From: Tubiluchus corallicola
Taxonomy: Eukaryota; Animalia; Priapulida
Assembly: GCA_030141605.1 (NCBI GenBank)
Contig: JAQGDQ010000021.1
Location: 434,001-498,000 of the forward strand
Length of the DNA stretch: 64,000 nt
Reading direction: 5' to 3'
In this document: positions 12,916 to 24,195 of the stretch, piece by piece
Numbering within the stretch: the stretch's first letter is position 1
Layout: every line of letters begins with the position of its first letter
Position numbers and translations under genes: made by a program
The notes under the pieces: generated by a model
Told to the model about the DNA's origin: nothing
Seen by the model: only the letters and a program-made list of their open reading frames with translations
Databases searched by the model: none

Positions 12916-13477
12916 CAGGGCCATCTTAACAGCATTATTGGCCCCTGGGCAAAGCAGTGAAATGGGGGCCTAATTGCATCGACCATTAACATTTTTATTC
13001 TTACGAGTGATTGTGTAGGTAGGTGCCGCTCCTACCTACACAACCACTTACAGGAGTAAAAATGTAAATGGTCAATAAAACTAAACTGATATTTATTGTA
13101 TTGGTGCATCCAACAATATCAGTGTATAAACATTAAAAAGCATACTGTACTGTCTGTACAGGAAATATTAATCAACACAAACGTTTCAACAATATAACGT
13201 GTGCCTTAAAAACACAAAAAAATAAACACATAAATTATACTCAATTGGTAAACTATGCAGACGCAGCTAATGTATTACTACACATTATTTGTTATTAATC
13301 AAGTGTTCAATATAAACGTTTGCAAAATTTCTTTGCAGAGAACTGCTTTATAATTGGCTTGCATGAAGTCAATTTCGTCAGGATGTCATTTTCCATACAT
13401 ACGAGTGAAAGTCAATTCAGCATGCTCGTGGGGACCCAGAGCAATCGCCCAGTGTGCCCATGCTAAAGACGGCCCTG
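12916..13477. mobile_element. hAT-type MITE (~560 bp)
   Basis: TIRs CAGGGCCATCTTAA / CTAAAGACGGCCCTG with subterminal GGCCCC/GCCC boxes; no clear TSD. Confidence 0.7.
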
Positions 13478-13479
13478 AT

Positions 13480-13876
13480 CAGGTGCATATTAAGATTTTA
13501 CGACGCCTAGGCTGTTCTGCCCACCTGTATTGTAAATTTATGGTCGTGTTAATGTAATGAGGAGATTAAACAATTATTTGTGCTGTATTAGAAACACGAT
13601 TAACCTAGGTTCTACGTGGCTATTATTAATTACAGGTATTTGCATACGCTTATATTCAAGCAAATGCTTGTGTAATAACTCACATAAGTTCGTTATAAGG
13701 CACTTATATAAAAGCTGCGCTAGGTAACTGCCCGTGGTGTGTTATAAAATGTGCCCTTTATGTGAATAATGAAAGTATACACGTTTTCTGAGGAGATTTT
13801 TTTCTAAAATGTTACGTCCCTCAAACTTGGCGCCCTAGTCTATAGCCTAGTTAGCCTAATGGTTAATACGCCTAGG
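13480..13876 (-). mobile_element. Inverted second copy of the 11472-11876 MITE
   Basis: Its reverse complement aligns with 11472-11876 over its length, e.g. ccacgtagaacctaggttaat vs attaacctaggttctacgtgg, and aagtttgagggac vs gtccctcaaactt. Confidence 0.8.
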
Positions 13877-14864
13877 CTCTTATTAAAGGAATGTTACCAC
13901 CAATGCCTAACTCAAACTTTAACAAACAAAAAAAGTTAAATCACAGATTTAGATTACCCATGTTTGCATGTGTGCATCAAAATCCATGGTTGACTAAATA
14001 CGAAACACCATTAATTAGACTATGACTGTGGAATTATTACTAATTCCATGCATGGGCGGATACAGACTTTAGAAAAACGGTGGGCTCAACAAAAAGCAGC
14101 TAGCGTTTACCTGCATTTAAGCACATTTTGTAGATCAAATGAGATCTAAATTCTGGTACGTAGACTTCCTCAAGCATCACAACGCTGAGTTATTAAATAT
14201 ATTTTACGTACACTTATCTAGGAAATATTCGTTTTATTTTTTTCTGTACTAGTCATATATCTTAAAGCAAGTTTGTAATACAGTGCAATGCGGATGACCC
14301 ATTACTTAAGTTTAATTTATTTATGTACCCAACAAAATGTGGATAGTCAAACATAAAACTATTCAATTATTAGTAAATTCAAACGTTGACAGTTATACAC
14401 ACAGAAAGCTCAACCCACTGGACAAGTTTTACAGTGTTTGGTGGCTCCTACCGAACTATTGCAAACTTCTAACCATCCTTTTTTCTGATTTGAGACTGGC
14501 AAGTCTACAGCCCCCACTGTTCATACAAAATTTAGTGAATTTGCCTACGGGCTAATTCTTCCCACTGGACACAGCTAAACGACAGAACGCCCGGCCACAC
14601 ACGCGTTCTAAACCATTTTGCGGCTGCTAGAAGCTATTTCCTCAAAAAAGTTCATTAATTTAAAACTCATTATTTCACCTCAAACTTGTGACTGATAATT
14701 TCACACCAGTATATTATTAGTATACATACACAATACAGAATACATGATATACAGAACCAGAATACAAAAACAGAACCGTTGTGATATATGGTTTTTACAT
14801 TTACTAAATTTTAATTACCGTACAAGTAACGATTAATGTAATTACTACTTTTAAAAAGGCCTAA

Positions 14865-15056
14865 AGCGGCGTTTATATAACTTGCGGAATGCGTTTTCTA
14901 CCTTGCGGAATAGGCTGCGGAAGAATCAATAGGAAAAACGCAACCGCGGTGCATTGAAAACGGGTGCATTGAAAACAATACAAACCGATTTAATCTTATT
15001 ACGCACCCCCACCCCCACCCCAACGCATACGCATCCGCAAGTTACAAAACGCCACT
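14865..15056. mobile_element. PIF/Harbinger-type MITE (192 bp)
   Basis: ~30-bp TIRs AGCGGCGTTTATATAACTTGCGGAATGCGT / ACGCATCCGCAAGTTACAAAACGCCACT, with TAA on both sides (14862-14864 and 15057-15059), the Harbinger-type 3-bp TSD. Confidence 0.75.
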
Positions 15057-15646
15057 TAAGACTATGACTCACAACTTTCGGACACTTCGCGAATGCTTCC
15101 ATACTCGGTGTTAAATTTGGCTACATTGACAAAGCTATCATGAGATAATTTGTTTTGACTTTTAATCACCCGGCCGCTCGTTCTAATGCTTAGAATCCAG
15201 AGAAAATATTTATCTGTGTTGTAACTATTACCGTGAAAAGTGGCAGGCCCCTTGGGCCCATCCCCTAAATCCGCAATTGCCACGTCTCGGGGTCAAATCA
15301 CGACTGGTTCACAACTTTCAAATGGTTTATGAGCAGTCTGACATTCACGAATTTCACAGTCATAATCTAATAATATCGTTGATTACCAGCTAATCTGCGC
15401 TAACCTTAAAAAGTTCTGTAGTTTCTCGCACCCTCTCCACTTGTGTAGGCAAACGATAAAATTGATTGCAGGGGTGTTCTTCAACACTGTAGCACCTTTA
15501 TTATTCTTCAAAACTTACTTCACCAACTTCCTTCAGAAAAGTTAATACCATAAATATAAAATACTACTCGTTGACTTTACGTCAATATCTGTACAGGATT
15601 GTTGCATGTGAGTAGCTGCACGCCTCCAACTAACATACCATACACT

Positions 15647-16037
15647 CTGTAGCGGATAGCCCTATAGGCTGAATAGGCTGAAGCCTAAGGCCCGGGATCA
15701 AAAGGGGCCCGGCAAAATAAAACGAATTTTTTTTTTGTAAAAAAAATAAATTGACAAAAGAGCAAGGGGCCCGCCAAAATAAAATATAGAAAAAAGTTTT
15801 TTTTTCAAACGTCAGTCACTATATTTCAAATCGGGTTTACACAAATCAAGTTTACACAATTTAAGTTTACACAATTCACGTTTACACAGTTTAAGTTTAA
15901 GTTCAAAACTTCAGTTTCCGAATTTTTAAAAAAAAACCGTTTTCTTTAAAAAAGGCCTATTTTTTAAAAAATAGCAACATTTAAAAGGCCCGTTCCAAGC
16001 TCAAGCCTAAGGCCCATAAAATCATAATCCGCCGCTG
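15647..16037. mobile_element. hAT-type MITE (~390 bp) with an internal 15-bp tandem (gtttacacaa...)
   Basis: Termini CTGTAGCGGATAG / TAATCCGCCGCTG; AAGCCTAAGGCCC repeated near both ends; 8-bp TSD CATACACT / CCTACACT (7/8). Confidence 0.75.
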
Positions 16038-17802
16038 CCTACACTGCGCTGCGCAGCCTTGATACAACCCTCTTACCAGCCCTTACCCACCTATATATTA
16101 GGTCAAGGCCACCTGTCGATCTGTTAAGCCTAATGAACTCACCACAGCAGGTATTTCTGTAAGGCATTAAAGGCTACTGGTAATATTTGCCTGAAAATTT
16201 CAATTTTTGCACGGAAAAAGCAATGATGTAGTGAGGGCATACGTACATGCACACACCTCTTACTCTTGGCAATTTCAGTATACACACGAACAATACAGCA
16301 TACTGTATACGCCCGCGGAACATTTGGACATGGGCTACCGGACATTTTGGCACGAGATATTGTGCATCAGTAAAATTTAATGTTGTTATTTATTTTTTCA
16401 TTTTTGTTTATTAAATTTTAATGTCTCTCTCTAATTTCCTAACTCTCGTAATAGTTTTTAAGAATCATGGTTTCACTAAATTAAAAATTATTGTAATGCA
16501 ACAAAAAATCAATTATCTGCACTTTCTAGATGTTTACCTTAAAATGAATGTAGCTGCGTCATGCAGCAGAAGACACCGCAAGTTTACATTAGCATTTTAT
16601 TAAAATATGACAATATTTTATTTCTAGTGCATCACAAATACAGTAAATAACACAGATGTGCGTTACCAAATAAGTCCATTCACACCAAAATTTAATACCA
16701 GTACATTTAACTAGTGCAGCAATTTAACTAGTATTCTATCACAATACTATATTCATTGATCGCTTGGTGTGCGTTAGAAGAATGCGCTGTTTAGTTCATT
16801 AGTCTCTTATAACTAGCTGTCAACTCGAAAACATCTAAACCAATTAGTAAGTCTGTATCTGTTACGAAAATGCATGATGATATTTTGCGTTCAGCTGTTC
16901 AGCAGCAGCGCTTTTAGAAGCGTACGCGCGTTAACTGATTTATAGTTATGCTATATAATTTTACCAGTACGATCTTACTCGCGAAAAATCATTTCTCGTA
17001 CAAAACTTTTAGATGTTACAAGGTAATTAGGTAGTGGACGTGATCTGTAGCTCAGTTAAAACAGAAATAATGTAGTCACAATGGAGGTAACTTGTGCATC
17101 GGTGCCGGAGCCCATTATGACTCGAGCCAAGCCAGCGCTCAAAGGTCCTGTCCGCTGCTACGCTGGTATACTCAACTAACAAGCTTTGAAGTCATCACAC
17201 TTCAGAATACGTTCCATGGTCTCCTTCAGCGGCTGATACATGACGTTCTGAACATGTTTTCCTTGGTTTTTCACTTTTTATTCATTTTATATTTTCATAA
17301 ATGCTGTCATTGTGATCTGTAATTGTAATGGCAGTATATTTTTAAAATAAGTCCCTGGATTTAACTGTGAACTTTTGATAACTGGGCTTATAACTTACAT
17401 AGATACGTCCTGTACCACGAACAATATTTTGAGTTTATTTCATCGGTGACACCCAGCACATAACAAAATAAAATGCAAAAAGCGAGTTGGCAGCCTAATT
17501 ACTGTAAATTTAATTATACAAATTTAATGCTGATTGGGCAATCTAACTATTATTTGAACATATACATATATTACTAATGTTACTAAAATTTTAAGTGCAT
17601 GTCTATTTTTCTAAAATTTCCTTAGCCTAAGAAGCCAAGTCTTCCAGACAATACACAGATTCCAGACGGCACTAAGCTTCACAAACTTCTGCTGGTTGAA
17701 AGCCGTTACCAAGGGCAGATTAACTATTAGGCTAATTAAGGCTATAGCCTTAGGCCCTGAATTTTTACAGCCCTTCGGTATCCTGAAATCGATAACCAGT
17801 TA

Positions 17803-19090
17803 GATTCAATTCAATTGTAATTTATTTATCTCTTTATAATACTACTATAAAAACATGATTAATAAAAGAATCGCCAATAAGTTTCGAAGAACGGTTAAAA
17901 TGTATAGAAAGATCTAAAACTAGAGAAAGACTATAAAGTCACCTAATCTGCTATCCTTTACCGAATATAGATAAAATGATTTTTAGACACTGGTGGGCAT
18001 TAATGTTATCAGTTTAATTTAGGAAACATTAATAATTTTAAAATTATGACATTTGCTATATAATTAAGTAATCCAGAGTAAAGAAAATACATGTACTTTA
18101 ATTAGCGGGCAACGAAATAAGGTCAGTCTTGATTAAACTAAAAATAGCATTTAGATTTTATGAGAAATACAGGTCAAAATTGTTATGAAACGATAAAAAC
18201 ACTTTGCGTTAATAATGCAATTAATCAACAACAGGAGTTAAATACATTTTGATTTGAGTTCAACTTCATTATTAAGAACAATCTACTGACTTGGACAATA
18301 ATACTAAATAATATAATTCTCAATATACTGATAGAAGAAACATTTAGCTATACAGGTTTTGTAGTAATTTTATAAAGGAGAGGTAAAACTTGTGCAATCT
18401 GTGAACAACACCTGAAACTTTACTCATAAAATAGTATTGTAGTACGACTTTAATAATTACTCTGCTGTAATGAAGAGAAGAAAGACAGAGTATTTCCTGA
18501 TATTTAGGATAATATCTGTAATGGCCTGTGAATCAACTGATTCAAAGTACGAATCAGTAGCTCGTTATTCAATAATTGAGAAAAAAAATTAATTGAGTAT
18601 TAGAGTACATTTTCTGAGCCACAGATTCATGCCATGCTGTAGTATTTTCAGTTTTATGAATATTAATGTAGTTAGGATTATTAAGTTAGGTAGAGAAAAT
18701 AGAATATAGTTGAGTAAAAGCTTAACATTAATCAGCGTAAGTTAATAGCAATTGCTTTTTAAGTTTAGAGACCAAAATATAGACACTGTCAGAATCCTTA
18801 ATATTACTGTTCAAACAATTCCAGAATTTAACAGCTTGATATTTGATAGTACTTAATCCGTGAGTGGTACAGAATCTGGGCGTAAAATATAGACCACGAG
18901 TGGCAGATCCAGTTTCGTAGTTATGGATTTCAGATATGGTAGTAAAATAGTTACAGAATAGTTCAGCTAAGTTCTTATTTATAAAACGATACATGAATTT
19001 AGCGAGATAGTGTACATTTAAAGCGAGATAGTGTTATTAAATAACTTTTAAATTTTAGTAAAAAGGATAACGAATTTATTAAAACTGAAC
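17803..19090 (-). mobile_element. 5'-truncated LINE relic (L2/Crack/Daphne-like RT C-terminus, long 3' UTR and tail)
   Basis: ORF 18994-18728 reads MYRFINKNL...HNYET...RFCTTHGLSTIKYQAVKFWNCLNSNIK...KLKKQLLLTY, a typical CR1/L2-group ORF2 end. The minus strand ends in AATAAA...TTGAATTGAATC at ~17830-17803. Confidence 0.75.
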
Positions 19091-20159
19091 TTATAGCCCG
19101 GTTTCTCCTCTTTTCAAAAATCTATAAATTTTCTTCCCTAGGATGCCACAAGGGTGTTTTTTCTACATGATGTTCCTCGCATGAACAAAACATGACTATT
19201 CTTGAAGATTTTTCACCCCGCCGTTGTAGAAAAACGTTTTATTAGCAGCCCGGGATACGTGAAGACGTGGGCCTCGTTTACGATGTGGAACTTGAGGCCC
19301 TTCGTTTGTTGATCCCCTTAGGCGCGTGAAACTCTTAATGCAGCCGCCACTACCGTATATAGAATTACCGTAACGATACGGAAAACACGAAAATTAGTGG
19401 ACGTTTTGTAACGACTTCAGAAAAATTATTCCAGAAAATTTACCGCTGTTATACTTACGTGACTAAAGTGAGGTTTATGTTATTTTTATGTAGCATCCGG
19501 ATGCCACATAAACACCACTTAATATTTAATGATTTCAGCCACAAATATGTGCGTGATTTCAAAATCCAGGTTCAGCTACATTATGTAAGCCTACTAACGC
19601 GTTCACGTCATTGAATTTTTTATTAGATTTATTTTAATACAATGCCCATGTGTTCATGTACATACAGAACAGTACGTAGCATACAAAATTTATAAATCTT
19701 CAGCGTATGAAGACACATCAAGTCAACACTGTAAGAGAACTTGTGCAATGTTAACTTCATAATTGGCTTGAATAAATAATTCAAAGGAAAAAATGATGAT
19801 GAACACAGAAATGAGAAAATGGATGAGCGTTATTGATGAGAATGATATGTGCATAATTTTCAAAATTTAGATGTAATCAAAGTTGGGTTGACATTGTAAA
19901 GCCAAGAATTACGGAATCTCAAGATTAAAAGAAGAAAAAAACAGGCATGCAGCGCAGGTAACGATTATGTCTGCACACAATCTCACACTTACAACAGCAT
20001 ATACATACATTTGCTCACAAACTCACATACAATGTAATCAGTTCTCTCATGCACACATATTGTCTACTACACGTACAAACGACTAACACACACACACCAA
20101 ACCTCATACACAAACACTTACTCATGCCTCAGCTATTCTGCCAATCACATTAATTACTG

Positions 20160-20610
20160 AAATTATGTGAGTATGTACTAATGATATATTTCTTCATTTT
20201 TTCTGAAAGATATGTATCGAAATCGAATTAGCAAGTTTTGGGCTGTTGGGTAATAAATTCCAAGTTCTAAGTCTACTATTAGAAATAAACTGTTTTCCAA
20301 CATCGGTTCTTAGCTGAATAATATTATATTGATTAAATCGAGTACTGCACACTTTATTGTTTATTTTAACAGGATTGTTAAGAAAGTGGAAGAAGTTGGT
20401 AGTGAGTTTTAAACTTAAAAATAGAAACCTTACTATACGTTAAATCATCAAATTTTAAAATTTTACAGTTGAAAAAGTGGGAGTTATTAACTTCTACGCG
20501 TTTAGAGAGGCTTTCCAGAATTTGGATAAATTTCCTTTCCAGTCTTTAGGCTAGCGGGGGAAGTTAACTAACTAACAAGGTAGCAGAAAGATTTTGTCTA
20601 ATATTGTAAA
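20160..20610 (-). mobile_element. Decayed LINE ORF2 C-terminal fragment (L2/Crack-like); CA-rich 3' UTR probably extends to ~19610
   Basis: Minus-strand translation FFNCKILKFDDLTY...RTDVGKQFISNSRLRTWNLLPNS...FQKK with internal stops. Confidence 0.6.
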
Positions 20611-23600
20611 TTATTCCAAATTAAAAATTTCGGAGATGGGGGAGGGACTTAATTTGCTGCCTGGCTCGGCTTTCAACACCCACCAAGCTAGATTTTTTTA
20701 GACATTATATCCACCTCGAAACTTACCACTAGTACGTGCTACAGCACTATAGCAAAACTTCCAATTTTTGAAACAAAGATGTGAAAACAGGCAACGATGC
20801 TCGTGAAAGTCGAAATTGATGCGAACACGGAACAGTTTATAAAACTCTTGACTTTTACACAGCACTATATATGATAAAAATATCTATAGCAATCTCTCTT
20901 TGACTTATAGTCGGGCGTTTGGCTTTGAATATTAGTGTCAAATCGACTGCGACGAGTAAAGCCTATATGACTGTACAAGTAGGAGATTGCATTAATCGAT
21001 TACTGAAGTACTTACAGTAGAATGGGTAACTGCTGTAAACTTACGTTGTGCATACGTAGCTGACCTGCTTACGCATATGCCAATGGCTTGTTACTAATTA
21101 TAATAATCTATAAGTTATAATAATTTATTATAGAAAAAACAATGCAGATGAGCACAATTTTTAATTCTTTTATTTATGACTTACACAAAATAAAAGCAAC
21201 CAATCTATAATAACAATATCTTCTTTCAATAACACTTATTAAGCTCATGGTACTACTTTGGTCTCTACAGGCTGCCATGTGTATTATGACTTCAGCAATA
21301 ACTTTAATAATACACAAAGCTTACAAAATGCATGTACTGTAAACCATAAAACCAAGGCATCTTGGTAATGTTTGCAAATGTTCAGAGAAAGTCCTTATGC
21401 AATAATTTCCAGATGCACAAATAGCACTAGCTAGTAACAAAGTTGCTTACTGGCTCCTTGTAGTAGCATACCGACTTCCTTTGATGGTAAGAATTATGCA
21501 TTTAGTTTATAAAAACTTAACTGTGCCAGCGCCAGTAAGTGATGAGCAAATGAAAAAGCACCACCTACATTTAATGATAAAATTTCACAGTCACCTCTTA
21601 GGTACTGTTCTTTAGGTAAATTTCCTCCAAACAACTGTTCTATTGCTGGCATTACCATATTTAGATATAGTAAGCAAAAGGTAGTCGCAAAAATTTAGCT
21701 CGCATTGTTTTCCATAAATTTACCGTCTTTTTGATACATTGCTCTATTATGCATTGCAAAAATAAACATAAAAAATTATCAGTAGCAAAATTCAATTATA
21801 ACAAACAGGTTAAAAAATTAAACTTTTGTATATTAATTATTACACAATGAATAAAAAACAAAAATAACATCACTGTCAATTAAGGTAATGAAACAGTAAA
21901 TTCAAATGTGACATTTATAAGAGACAACATTAAGTTGGCAGCTACTTTCCTCCAACTACAATGCATGTTATTCTAATCTAGTTTATTCTATGTCCCTGAT
22001 CATGCAACATGTTGTGTTTTATTACTAACTTATATAGATGGTAATGTTTCAGGCAACTAAACGATACTACTGACATTACAGTATTATAAAACTACAATCG
22101 TTTGTGTTAAATCTATACTTGATCAGGATACAAGCTTCTTCAGGGGTTCTGTAGTGAATTTACAGGGGTTCTGCATATCATGCATTCAAGTTTACTAACA
22201 GGTATGTTGAACTGTAGCCCTCTTTTAAATTCACAGTTCTTCACTTTTAGCTGTTTAGTTTTTACCAGATGCTCTATCGAGCAAATCTGCAGTTTATTTT
22301 CTCTTCCTAACGTTTTGTTTCATTGAAGATGTTTCATCCAACCAATAATACAATAAAATTGATGTATAATGAAACAACAACTTTTTTTTACTGACAAAAA
22401 TAATGGCATCGCTAGGGTATCTAATACTGTTAGAACACAATATAAATGTGTATGTAACGATTTCGCAATAATTGCATGTATCATAATTGCATATTGTACG
22501 TAGCCATGCTCTAAATTTATAAAGTCGATAAATTGCACTTTTTTGCTTTTATCAGATTCCCTGATAACGTTATCATCCTAATGAAAATTGTTGGTTTGCC
22601 ATAATAAAATGTTGTTTCATTATATTAGTTTCATTTTTTTTAGTTGGTTGGGCTGAACAATATTTAACATTGTTTTATTGGCTGAACATAGCATTACCTT
22701 AATCATTTAATAACTACTTAATTAAGCAACTCTTTCACATAGTTGTTGTGCATCTACTCATCTTCATTTTATTGATCATGATTCATTCATGATTTAACCA
22801 TCTCAATGTATCATATATCATCATCTGCATCAACTACATCATTGTTACTAAAACATCTATGATCTGTCTACTCTAAAAGTATGTCAATTACATATTACAA
22901 AAACTCGCACTTCCATTACCTAACATGCTTACTAAGTTTTTCACTGAAAGACAATTATGTTCATGGACTGCTTTGCTGCCAATCAGTCAATGCAAAATAA
23001 AATACAGTTTAAACCAATAAAATCAAACATCACCAATCATAAAATAAATTAGCATACCAACGCATATCAAATTCTATATGATGATAAATGAAGCATTTAC
23101 GAAATTGACACTACATGCAGGTACAAAACAGTATAAGTTTTTTTACTAGTGCACTGTTAGTCAACTACAGAATTATTCAGCAGCCTAACAAATGTGACTA
23201 GAAGAATTTAACTTTAGCAAATTTTTTGCCTGCTGACGGGCAGTTCAAAATGCTATACTAAGAATTAATAATTTCTTGACTACAGTAAATCCTCGCTTAA
23301 TGAATCCCTGTTTATAGTTTTAATAGCAATAACCTTCTCACACTTTATCACTTTTAATTAAGTTGCGAAATTAATAGAGCTAATAGAGCTACTGTTTTTC
23401 TCATGATTTATAGCAAATTGCCAGACCAACACTCTCTGTAAGGCATGATTTATTGCCTGTGCTTGGCTGCTTAGAGATAACCACCTACTGTGTTAATCAT
23501 GATCACCAACCTGTATTTACTCTACCTGCTATTTTTTGCAAATTGGACAGAGTACTGCAAATACTATTATGAGAAACAATGTGCTATTTCCTTTTTATAA

Positions 23601-24195
23601 ACAAATAATGTATAAATGTAAACAATGAAACTCATAAAAAGCTTGATCTGATTTATAAACTATATAGCTAAATAAAGCTAAATATTATTGTTTTTGCCAT
23701 TGAAACAAACCCTTTCCATTTCATTTATTTCTGATGAAAACCATAGCTTCATTTAACTATTGGTTTAACTGTGCAGCATTTTGCTGCAATGCATTAATCT
23801 TGTTAAGCAAGGAGTCAAGGAAACAGGAATGTCTTCTTGAATTTGAAAATATCTTTTGAGGAAGCATCTAATACCTTTTCACAACAATGCATTAGCTGAA
23901 GGTAATAATCTTCTTAAATTTGTGCATTACTGACTCACATTAACAGCCAATCAAAAAATTGATAAGAAATTCCACAAGTTTCCTTGATACTTGCTCCTTA
24001 AAATAATTTGAGACTTATTTTGTACCATAAGACCGAACAGCCTTTTTCAATTGTATATACCTGTGTGATAAGTATATGCCAGAATTATTTTCTAATAAAA
24101 ACTGTGCCTTATTGCAGCTCATACGTGAACACCAGTCAAGCAGTGACAGAAGATTTGTTAATCTTTTTATCCATGCAAACGATTTTTCTAGGTAA

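Noticed and set aside
15836-15904. Short periodic repeats (gtttacacaa...) that could be mistaken for a CRISPR-like array
   Set aside because: It is a 15-bp minisatellite inside a MITE, with no unique spacers, in a eukaryotic context.
16874-16938. Box C (ATGATGA) and box D (CTGA) 65 nt apart, resembling a C/D snoRNA
   Set aside because: There is no terminal stem, it is not in a same-strand host intron, and no rRNA-complementary guide was recognised. Such motif pairs are expected by chance.
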